This document shows, one piece after another, positions 1-8,276 of a stretch of 38,328 nt of DNA (the first letter of the stretch is position 1; each line of letters starts with the position of its first letter). The notes under the pieces are model-generated. The model made no database searches and was not told the DNA's origin. It saw nothing but the letters and a program-made list of their open reading frames with translations. Source of the DNA: Bacteroidales bacterium (lineage in GTDB: Bacteria > Bacteroidota > Bacteroidia > Bacteroidales > UBA12077); NCBI GenBank assembly GCA_028282585.1, contig JANQHR010000044.1:1-38328 (forward strand), given 5' to 3'. Made by a program: the position numbers and the translations under genes.

Positions 1-99
1 CTCCTCGATTGATTCTAAAACTTCTCGTACTGCCTGAAGATACTCCGATTCTCCCGGATGCTTTTGCTCCAATTGAAGCATTAATTTATCTACATTCAT
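1..99 (-). CDS. gdhA: Glutamate dehydrogenase (NAD(P)-specific, Glu/Leu/Phe/Val family), 5' fragment running off the window edge
   Basis: Not in the ORF track. The reverse complement from ATG at 99 reads MNVDKLMLQLEQKHPGESEYLQAVREVLESIEE, matching the GDH N-terminal 'HPGExEylQAVxEVLxSI' signature. Confidence 0.88.
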   Translation of the reverse strand, partial: MNVDKLMLQLEQKHPGESEYLQAVREVLESIEE

Positions 100-124
100 A
101 ATATTAATATTTTAAATAAGTCGT

Positions 125-156
125 AAAAAAAAGTACTGTTAATTAAATAACAGTAC
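125..156 (-). terminator. Intrinsic terminator downstream of the dikinase-like operon
   Basis: Minus strand: GTACTGTTA-tttaat-TAACAGTAC (perfect 9-bp stem) followed by T8. Confidence 0.65.
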
Positions 157-163
157 AAAAGTA
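156..163 (-). promoter_or_regulatory. Bacteroidota sigma-A -7 box for gdhA
   Basis: Minus strand TACTTTTG matches TAnnTTTG, 56 nt upstream of the gdhA ATG. Confidence 0.55.
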
Positions 164-262
164 TATTTTACGATCACTTGTTTTTAATAAAACATTATAT
201 TATATAACACAGATTCACATGATTTTTATCAGTTATTGAAAAATCTGCATAAATTGCTTTGA

Positions 263-3232
263 TCATTTTGATTTTAAGACAACTCCCTTATTATTTTTAC
301 CATCAATTTGCACTTCAATAGGCTTTTCAAAACGAACATGTCGTATGTATTTGTTTTCAAAATGTGCTTTATGTTTACCTAAATAATCTAAATCATAGAA
401 ACCATCATTTATGTAAGGATTAATTGTAAAGTACCCTACTCTAAACGATGTTAGGTTTTGAAAAAAATGAGTTCCCTGACTAGGATCTATTCTAAAATTT
501 TCTAATCCGGATTCAACTATTACTCTTGCCTGAGAGATATGCGCCCATTTCACCGGGATTCCCAAACTTGGATCACTCGAACCCCATCTTCCAGGACCTA
601 CTAATACATAATTTTTTCGTTCTTTAATGAATTTTTCATTTAACGAATTCATTTCAGCTGCAATTGTCTTACTTTCTAGCGAACTAAACGCATCAGGTTT
701 AATGTAAACAAAATCATATATGTCATCAACGACTCCATTACCCAAAGCTGATTCACAATATATTATTGTTTCTTCTTTAGCAATATCATCCATATCAAAA
801 TCAGCGGTTTGATCATTATCAACAATAGGACGAATTTGAAGGAAGTTAAATACGAATGGTTCACCTTTTTCAACATTGAGATCAACCGCAAATTCAATCT
901 CTATTGGATTATTCATTTCTTTTTGACCAACTTCCAATAATGTTTGAAGAATTTCAGATAATGGAAAGGCATCATATTTCAGTACATTAGCAAAAGTTAC
1001 TATTCTTTTTCCATCATGCATAGTACCATCACGGATAACATTATTTTGATAGTCGTATGTTGAAGCGGCAAAACGAAATGAAGAATCTTTTTCTGCCGAT
1101 TGAATTTCATTTTTTACAAGGTTTATGCCATCATCGGAAGAAGGAGCAAATTTGGTAGGACACATATCCAATGCATAGAAGTATTTTTGCGTATCTTTTA
1201 AAGCCATATCCGGCGAAGATAATTGCAATATCTTTTTTGGGTGTCGAGGAGAAAATCTTAATGATATACCTCCATCAACAATTTGTTTACCTAAACCATA
1301 AGCAATATTTACAATTCCATCTTCCGATTTCTCTGGTTCAATCGGATAGAAATTTATGGACCTTGCAACACCGGAAATTGTTGGATAGAATTTATTACCA
1401 TATTGTTTCCCACAAACTTCTTGTAATACTATCCCCATTTTTTCTTCATCAATAACATTTGATGTTGCAGCCATATAAGCTTTACTGGCTTTAAAATAAA
1501 CAGATGCATATACACATTTAATAGCATCGGACAACATCTTTATCATTAAAGTACTATTGCTTGTCTTCGGAATCATATAGGTTGAGTAGATTCCGGCAAA
1601 GGGTTGATAATGCGAATCCTCTAACTTAGAAGAAGAGCGAATTGCTATTGGATTTTTTATTACGGAAATAAGTGCGTATAAATCCTGATAAATTCTACTT
1701 GGTAATTTAGCATTAATGAATTGTTCAACAATTTCTTCATCACTACTATCAGAAAGCCCAACTTTATACAAGTTATTTTCTTCCATAAAGTCATCAAAAA
1801 CATCCGTACTTAAAACAACTGTCCTTGGAATGGTAACAATTACTCCCGGAAATTTATTAAAAATATTATTCTTCTTTATAATTGAATTAATAAACGCCAA
1901 TCCCCTTGCTTTACCCCCAATGGACCCATCTCCAATTCTAGAAAAAATAAGGTATTCATCAAAACTATTCTTATCAAATTGAGCAATTACTCCTCGTCCT
2001 TTACTCATTCTATAACTACTAATCGCCCGGAAGATATAGTTTCTCACCTCCTTCAAATCATTAAAGTCACTTAAGGTAAGATATTTAAACAATTGCGCTA
2101 TTGGAAAAACTGCCCTCGCATTTAACCACTTCGATAAATCATTTCTCCCGGCGTGATATTCCAAACAATTATCCGGTATGGTTAAAATCATATGCTGTAA
2201 CGTTTGTAAATCAGAAGCTCTTCCAATTTCTTTTAATGTCACCGGATCTCGAAACACAAATTCACCAAATGCAAATTGCCTTATAATATAATTCCTTAAC
2301 TCAATAGATAACGTTTTTGAGTATTTATGAATAAACCCAACACCTAATTCATCAGCATATTTTTTATTATTCATATCCGATGATTGTAAAAGAAGTGGCA
2401 TAAATTCGTCATCTTCCTTTACTTTCTTACATAATTTAATTCCTGCCAATTTATCCTTTACTCCCCCTCTAGGATAAGTAATATCCGAAATTATTCCAAG
2501 CATATTGTATTTATATTTTTCATACAATTCAATAGCTTGTTCATAATTTGTGGCTAACAATATTTTAGGTCTTCCACGCATTCTAAGCATCTTTTGATGC
2601 TCATTTAATGCTTCTCGCATATATTCTTTTGACTGTTTGAATATTATTTTATAAATATTAGGTAAATATGTTGATATGTAACGAATCGAATCTTCAACTA
2701 AAAGTATAGTTTGGACTCCAACCACCTCCACATCATACTGCACATTCATTCTATCTTCAATTAGTTTAATAATTGCTAAAAGAATATCTGCATTTCCAAG
2801 CCAGCAAAAAACATAATCGATTGCACTCAAATCTTCCTTTTCCAAGCGAATGGTAATTTCCCTCGAAAAATGAGTCAGTACAACTATTGGAATTTTAGGA
2901 TATGATGTTTTAACTTGCTTTGCAAACCGGAAGGTATCTGTATCACCTATCCTAAGCATACTAATCACCAGATCAATATTGTCATCTCTTAAGATTTCGT
3001 ATGCTTCTTCTGCCGAATTTGCCATTACAAAAATTGGTGGGTATCTTAAATTTAACGAAACGTATTCATTAAAAATCTGTTCATCTATTCGTCCGTCTTC
3101 TTCTAACATAAAAGAATCGTAGTTACTAGAAACTAGTAATACTTTGTGAATTCTTCGTTGCATTAACAAATTAAACGAAGTATCGTTAAAATCGATCTTT
3201 AAATTATCTTGTTGATTTGTGTAAAAGCTCAT
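263..3232 (-). CDS. Receiver-domain / PEP-pyruvate-binding (PPDK_N ATP-grasp) protein, 'PEP synthase-like', paralog 1
   Basis: Pseudo-REC (DLVISMLR); REC (LLVED..IISD..QSS..FIHK); ATP-grasp motifs IGGKARGL, AIRSSSKLEDS, FAGIY, IEFAV, LQIRP; C-terminal SQGTHFF His motif; no pyruvate-binding barrel. Confidence 0.8.
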   Translation of the reverse strand: MSFYTNQQDNLKIDFNDTSFNLLMQRRIHKVLLVSSNYDSFMLEEDGRIDEQIFNEYVSLNLRYPPIFVMANSAEEAYEILRDDNIDLVISMLRIGDTDTFRFAKQVKTSYPKIPIVVLTHFSREITIRLEKEDLSAIDYVFCWLGNADILLAIIKLIEDRMNVQYDVEVVGVQTILLVEDSIRYISTYLPNIYKIIFKQSKEYMREALNEHQKMLRMRGRPKILLATNYEQAIELYEKYKYNMLGIISDITYPRGGVKDKLAGIKLCKKVKEDDEFMPLLLQSSDMNNKKYADELGVGFIHKYSKTLSIELRNYIIRQFAFGEFVFRDPVTLKEIGRASDLQTLQHMILTIPDNCLEYHAGRNDLSKWLNARAVFPIAQLFKYLTLSDFNDLKEVRNYIFRAISSYRMSKGRGVIAQFDKNSFDEYLIFSRIGDGSIGGKARGLAFINSIIKKNNIFNKFPGVIVTIPRTVVLSTDVFDDFMEENNLYKVGLSDSSDEEIVEQFINAKLPSRIYQDLYALISVIKNPIAIRSSSKLEDSHYQPFAGIYSTYMIPKTSNSTLMIKMLSDAIKCVYASVYFKASKAYMAATSNVIDEEKMGIVLQEVCGKQYGNKFYPTISGVARSINFYPIEPEKSEDGIVNIAYGLGKQIVDGGISLRFSPRHPKKILQLSSPDMALKDTQKYFYALDMCPTKFAPSSDDGINLVKNEIQSAEKDSSFRFAASTYDYQNNVIRDGTMHDGKRIVTFANVLKYDAFPLSEILQTLLEVGQKEMNNPIEIEFAVDLNVEKGEPFVFNFLQIRPIVDNDQTADFDMDDIAKEETIIYCESALGNGVVDDIYDFVYIKPDAFSSLESKTIAAEMNSLNEKFIKERKNYVLVGPGRWGSSDPSLGIPVKWAHISQARVIVESGLENFRIDPSQGTHFFQNLTSFRVGYFTINPYINDGFYDLDYLGKHKAHFENKYIRHVRFEKPIEVQIDGKNNKGVVLKSK

Positions 3233-3237
3233 ACTTT

Positions 3238-6200
3238 TTAATTATCGTTTGTCCATGTTATAGCAGAAAATCTTTTTCGACCGTCCATTGTTATGGTTAA
3301 TGGTTTGTCAAATTCCACATGCTTAAAGAATTTGGTTTCATTTACTACTTTTTGCTTATTCAAAATATCCCAGTTTATTCTGTCCTTTATCGATTTATGG
3401 TTCACCGAAAAATACCCAACGTTCATTGATGTTACGTTATGAAAAAAATGCGATCCCAACGACGCGTCTAAGGCAAAATCCTCTAAACTTATCTCAACAA
3501 TTATTTTTGCATTAGAAATTTGAGGCCATGCTACGGGGATCCCAATAAACCTATCTCTTGTTCCCCAACGGCCAGGACCTATTAAAACATACTTTTTACC
3601 CTGATCCTGCATTTTCTGATTTAATGCATCAATTTCCTCTTTCATTTCCATGGTTCTGGTATTATTAAACTTCTCCGGCATAATGTAAATTACATCTTTA
3701 ATATGTTGTAATCTTCCATTTCCCATTGTTTTCTCAGAATATAAAACTAAGTGTTCTATATCAATTTTGTTTACATCAACCGTATAATCTTCTTCCAGAC
3801 TAACAAGTGGTTTAATTTGTAATAAATAAAATGATGCCAAACCATTGTTGTCCTTTGATAAGTCTACCGCAAATTCAATCTCTACCGGTGAACCTAAGGC
3901 TTCTTTCACAACATCGAGAATAACATTAATTGTTTTTGCCAATGGAATATATTCGTATTTTAAAATATTTGCAAAATTAATAACTCGAGGGCCATACGAA
4001 TCTAACCCAGGGCTTATTCTATCATTTTCCGGATCATAGACCGATGCGAGATGCTTTAATGTGCCATGCTTTTCTGATTCACTAATATCTAATTTTATTA
4101 ATCCGGCATCTTCACCTTCTAATAAATTAATATTTTGCTCACCCAGATTTACTGCATAAAAATAAACCTGAGATCCTTTATATAAATCTTTCGTTGAAAT
4201 AATATCGAGATTCGGATAGGTAGGTGAAAACCGAAATGCTTTTTCTCCTTCAACGACATATTGTCCTAATCCAAGTGCAGCAACAGCAAAGCCTTCATCA
4301 GGTTTCATATGTGCAACCGGATAAAAATTATGAGATTGAGCCGTACCACTAATATGCGGATAATAGTAATCATCAAATTTTTGACCAACTACTTCTTGTA
4401 AAATTACTGCCATTTTCTCTTCTTCCACCTTATAACCAATGGCCTTAAAATAGGTTCTTGCATTTTTCGAATATATTGATGCATATACCAATTTAATAGC
4501 ATTCATTATCTGCTTTAATCTTTGATCAAAGTTCTCATGATTATTTGGTAAAATATATGTCTCAAAAATACCTGAAAATGGTTGAGTAATGCTATCCTCA
4601 AATAAACTCGACGATCTTACCGCAATTGGCTTGGTTATAAGTTTCAGGAATGTCCTAAGTCTCTTCTTTAATGTATAAGAAAGATCTCCTGCAAGGAATT
4701 CTTTTCTCAAAGCACCATAGTCTGTAATATCATGAATCTTTTCAACTAAATGATTACTCTCAATAAAAATATCAAATTCTTCAGTGCCTATTATGCTTGT
4801 CTTTGGTGTTCTTACATTTATAAGAGGAAGTAATTCCTTAAACTTAAAATTGTAAATTAAGGTATTAATAAAAGCTAATCCACGTCCTTTACCTCCTAAT
4901 GCTCCCGGCGCAAGGCTAACAATATTATTCTCTTCCTGTACAGCTTCTTCCGTAAAATTGACAATCTTACCTTTTTCCTGTTCATTCCTGTATAACCTAA
5001 GAATATTGATTAGAAAATCTCTTAATTGTTTTGGGTTCTCAAAATCAGTAATTCTAAGCGGATTAATGATTTTTGCAATTTGAATCTCGCCTCTTGCCAT
5101 TAACCAAAGTGAAAATTGATTTTTTACTGCATGATAAATCAGGGAATCTTCAGGAACAGTTTTAAGGTAAGATTCAAACTCAGCCATTGATTTTGCTACT
5201 GCTATTTGTCTCCCTTGATTATCACGATATACAAAATGCCCAAATCCAAGATGATAATTAATAAAACTCTTTAGGTCTTGTAGTAAGGTTTCCGAATTCT
5301 TATTTATAAAATTAGATTTAATTTCATATGCTTTTTTTGCATTGTCAGGATTTGATGATTGAAGTACTGTTGGAAGGTTTAAAACATTTGATTTTACATA
5401 TTTAATAAACTCAAAACCAGCAGAATCAAATAATTCATTTTCCTTTGGAAAGCTAACATCGGAAATAACACAAAGGAAATAATCATTATACTTATTGAAA
5501 GTATCCATAGCCTCTTCATAGTTATGAGCAAGAAGGATTTTAGGACGAGCACGCATTTTTAATACTTTATAAAGATCATCAGTATTTACATCTTCAATCA
5601 AGCGCTGCGTTTGTTCCATAATGATTTTATAAAGCATTGGAAGATATCTTGAATAATATTTGGGTGAATCTTCAACTAATAATATCACTCTTGTAAGCCC
5701 CAATTTAGTATCATTATCAGCATTTACTTTATCTTCTATAAGCTTAACCATTGCAAAAAACACTTTAGAATCACCGTTCCAAATAAATATTTTATCAATA
5801 CTTGATAAATCTCGTTTTTCTTCTTCAAGGATTGCCAAGTCACTATTATTATTAAGAAGTAGAAAAGTCGGAATGTATGGATATCTTTTTTTAAGACTGG
5901 CGGATATTTTTAACGGGGTTTTCTTGTCAACACCCATCATTAATATAACCAAATCGAAGTGCATATTTTCAAGTGCTTCCATTGCTTCCTTTTCGTTTGA
6001 TACACCTGTCACTCGAGGTAAAGAAGTTAAGTTTAACTGATGATATTCTCCAAGTATGTGATCAGAAAATCTTCCTTCCTTTTCTATGCTGTATGCATCA
6101 TATAAATTAGCAATTAGCAAAATCTCTTTTACCTTAAATGGCATTAGATCATGCAACAAATCACGATCAGCATTATGTTTATTTAAGAATTTTTGAAGTA

Positions 6201-6699
6201 ATTGTCTGCTGTTTAAAACTTTTGGGGAAGGTTTTGAGGCTACTTTTTGTTCTTTCTTTTTATCCTGTTTCCAGATAATTTCCTTGGCCTTGATACTATT
6301 TATAAAACCAAGAATTAAATTAGAAAGATTAAGAATCAAATCACGTTCTTCCTTTAAAAAAGGTCCTTCAACTAGTTTTGGAAACTCTTTTGTATAATAA
6401 ATTTCGATGCTCCCTTCTTCGCCATCAATTGTTTGAAATGATTGTTTTTGTGTCCATTGTGTTTCCTGAAAACCCGGACTTCTAAACTCATGTCCGCCAA
6501 AAACAATTCTAGCTACTGTATAATCCGGATATTGCCAAGCTTTTGGCAATCTGAGCGTAACCTTTTGTAAAGTTTCCTCAATTGATTTTCCCTCTTTAAT
6601 AATTTTTGTTGTTTCATTTATACAAGCTAACTCCTTTAACCGTTCTTTATTTTCTGCCAGAAGCTTATTAAAATCGTTATTTTTGATTTGATCAGACAT
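3238..6699 (-). CDS. GAF-like + receiver-domain + PPDK_N ATP-grasp protein, 'PEP synthase-like', paralog 2
   Basis: Same architecture as 263..3232 (LGGKGRGL, AVRSSSLFEDS, IEFAV, LQIKP, SLGSHFF; REC LLVED/VISD/QSS/FINK), plus an N-terminal ERLKEL..WQYP..GPFLxEER module. Confidence 0.8.
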   Translation of the reverse strand: MSDQIKNNDFNKLLAENKERLKELACINETTKIIKEGKSIEETLQKVTLRLPKAWQYPDYTVARIVFGGHEFRSPGFQETQWTQKQSFQTIDGEEGSIEIYYTKEFPKLVEGPFLKEERDLILNLSNLILGFINSIKAKEIIWKQDKKKEQKVASKPSPKVLNSRQLLQKFLNKHNADRDLLHDLMPFKVKEILLIANLYDAYSIEKEGRFSDHILGEYHQLNLTSLPRVTGVSNEKEAMEALENMHFDLVILMMGVDKKTPLKISASLKKRYPYIPTFLLLNNNSDLAILEEEKRDLSSIDKIFIWNGDSKVFFAMVKLIEDKVNADNDTKLGLTRVILLVEDSPKYYSRYLPMLYKIIMEQTQRLIEDVNTDDLYKVLKMRARPKILLAHNYEEAMDTFNKYNDYFLCVISDVSFPKENELFDSAGFEFIKYVKSNVLNLPTVLQSSNPDNAKKAYEIKSNFINKNSETLLQDLKSFINYHLGFGHFVYRDNQGRQIAVAKSMAEFESYLKTVPEDSLIYHAVKNQFSLWLMARGEIQIAKIINPLRITDFENPKQLRDFLINILRLYRNEQEKGKIVNFTEEAVQEENNIVSLAPGALGGKGRGLAFINTLIYNFKFKELLPLINVRTPKTSIIGTEEFDIFIESNHLVEKIHDITDYGALRKEFLAGDLSYTLKKRLRTFLKLITKPIAVRSSSLFEDSITQPFSGIFETYILPNNHENFDQRLKQIMNAIKLVYASIYSKNARTYFKAIGYKVEEEKMAVILQEVVGQKFDDYYYPHISGTAQSHNFYPVAHMKPDEGFAVAALGLGQYVVEGEKAFRFSPTYPNLDIISTKDLYKGSQVYFYAVNLGEQNINLLEGEDAGLIKLDISESEKHGTLKHLASVYDPENDRISPGLDSYGPRVINFANILKYEYIPLAKTINVILDVVKEALGSPVEIEFAVDLSKDNNGLASFYLLQIKPLVSLEEDYTVDVNKIDIEHLVLYSEKTMGNGRLQHIKDVIYIMPEKFNNTRTMEMKEEIDALNQKMQDQGKKYVLIGPGRWGTRDRFIGIPVAWPQISNAKIIVEISLEDFALDASLGSHFFHNVTSMNVGYFSVNHKSIKDRINWDILNKQKVVNETKFFKHVEFDKPLTITMDGRKRFSAITWTNDN

Positions 6700-6848
6700 G
6701 GAAAATATTTTTTTAGAATTTTTATAGCCAAAGATTAAACATAGCTTATATTTAGATGTTCAACTTTTAAATGCCAATTATAAACTATAAGCTGTATAAA
6801 TATAGCTGATTTTTAGTGTAGATAAAAGTAATTATACTAAAATAGAAA

Positions 6849-7214
6849 ATGAAAACGGTTGATAAATATATTGATCAAATTAATCCTGATTTTATTCCTG
6901 TTTTTTTTAAAATAAGGTCGATTTTAATTAACACTTTGCCCGGTATCAAAGAAAAAATAAGTTATGGCATTCCGTTTTATTATTACTGCGGTCCTTTATG
7001 TTATATAAATGTAAGAAAAAACTTTATTGACCTTGGATTCACCAAAGGGTACGCGCTAATTAAAAGGCTAAATACTCTCGATATGAAAAACAGGAAACAG
7101 GTCGCTTCTATGAAGTTTTATCGGGAAAAAGAAATAAATGAAAACTTAATTAAAGAAGTCCTAATTGAGGCTGCTTCGATAAATGAATTTCAATCGTTAA
7201 CAAAAAAGAGATGA
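6849..7214 (+). CDS. DUF1801 (YdhG-like) domain protein
   Basis: 121 aa; VDKYI..., EKISYGIPFY, LGFTKG, and L..LIEA pattern typical of DUF1801. Confidence 0.75.
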   Translation: MKTVDKYIDQINPDFIPVFFKIRSILINTLPGIKEKISYGIPFYYYCGPLCYINVRKNFIDLGFTKGYALIKRLNTLDMKNRKQVASMKFYREKEINENLIKEVLIEAASINEFQSLTKKR

Positions 7215-7234
7215 AACAAAAGTTCCATCTCTTT
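7205..7234. terminator. Probable bidirectional intrinsic terminator between convergent DUF1801 and korB
   Basis: AAAGAGATGAAAC-aaaa-GTTCCATCTCTTT, 13-bp stem with one mismatch, A/T-flanked, overlapping the DUF1801 stop codon. Confidence 0.65.
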
Positions 7235-7254
7235 AACATATTTAGTTTTAAGAT

Positions 7255-8274
7255 TTATACCTCCCAAGTAGTTCCACTATTTAACAGATCATCCATAGTC
7301 TTAAATTTTGATTCTCCTCTAACATACTCAACTTGAGCTTGCACCGCGCCATCATATGTAGGAAGATCAACACTTCTGATTATTCCAAATGCAACTGGGT
7401 ATTCAGGATAAGACATATTTGCAAGCATCAAATGCATACCGGGATTTTCTTCTTTAGCATTATGAACCAAAATATCCTTTTCTGTATATTTATCACCTAA
7501 TTCAACAACCTTAAGCTTTAAGTTTTCTGCATCCAATATTAACCCTTTGTCTCTATCTTTGCCGAAAATCATTGGTTCTCCATGACGTAAAACAATTGAT
7601 CTGTCTTCCTTATGTTGTTTATCTGTTAAAGCTGCGTGAGTCTTGTCATTATAGATCACACAGTTTTGAAGAACTTCAACAACGGTTGCACCATGATGCT
7701 TACCTGCTTCAACAAAAATCTCTTGACAAAGCTTTAAATTACTGTCAATTGAACGAGCAAAGAATTTACCTTGCGCTCCAATAACTAATTCTCCAGGATG
7801 AAAAGGATGCTCAACCGTTCCGTATGGAGATGTCTTTGTTACAGCTCCAAACTTAGATGTTGGTGAATATTGTCCTTTTGTTAATCCATAAATCTCATTA
7901 TTAAATAATATGATATTTATGTCAATATTTCTTCGGATAGCATGTATAAAATGATTTCCTCCAATCGCCATAGCATCACCATCACCAGTAATTTGCCAAA
8001 CACTTAATTTTGGGTTTGCTACTTTAGTTCCTGATGCAATAGCTGATGCTCTACCATGTATTCCATGAAATCCGTACGTATTCATGTAATAAGGAAATCT
8101 TGAAGAACAGCCTATACCCGATATAAATGCGAAGTCTTCCTTTGCAGTCCCTAATTCAGGTAAAGCTCTCTGAATAGCGTTCATAATTGCATGGTCGCCA
8201 CACCCCGGACACCATCTAACTTCTTGATCGCTTTTATAATCTTTTGGAGTAATTACTTCTTGTATTTGTGTCAT
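7255..8274 (-). CDS. korB: 2-oxoacid (probably 2-oxoglutarate):ferredoxin oxidoreductase beta subunit
   Basis: WCPGCG, GIGCS, HGR, and the TPP-binding GDGD...NNxxYGxTKGQxSPT motifs. Confidence 0.9.
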   Translation of the reverse strand: MTQIQEVITPKDYKSDQEVRWCPGCGDHAIMNAIQRALPELGTAKEDFAFISGIGCSSRFPYYMNTYGFHGIHGRASAIASGTKVANPKLSVWQITGDGDAMAIGGNHFIHAIRRNIDINIILFNNEIYGLTKGQYSPTSKFGAVTKTSPYGTVEHPFHPGELVIGAQGKFFARSIDSNLKLCQEIFVEAGKHHGATVVEVLQNCVIYNDKTHAALTDKQHKEDRSIVLRHGEPMIFGKDRDKGLILDAENLKLKVVELGDKYTEKDILVHNAKEENPGMHLMLANMSYPEYPVAFGIIRSVDLPTYDGAVQAQVEYVRGESKFKTMDDLLNSGTTWEV

Positions 8275-8276
8275 GA

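Noticed and set aside
1171-6040. Short plus-strand ORFs (61-126 aa) inside the dikinase-like genes
   Set aside because: Antisense shadows of long conserved CDSs, with no recognisable motifs.
263-6699. Calling these genes ppsA or ppdK
   Set aside because: The pyruvate/PEP-binding barrel is absent and receiver domains are fused, so the gene symbol was withheld.
6849-7214. DUF1801 gene as a mobile insertion splitting kor from the dikinase operon
   Set aside because: No target-site duplication, terminal repeats or mobility gene is visible; opposite orientation alone is not evidence.
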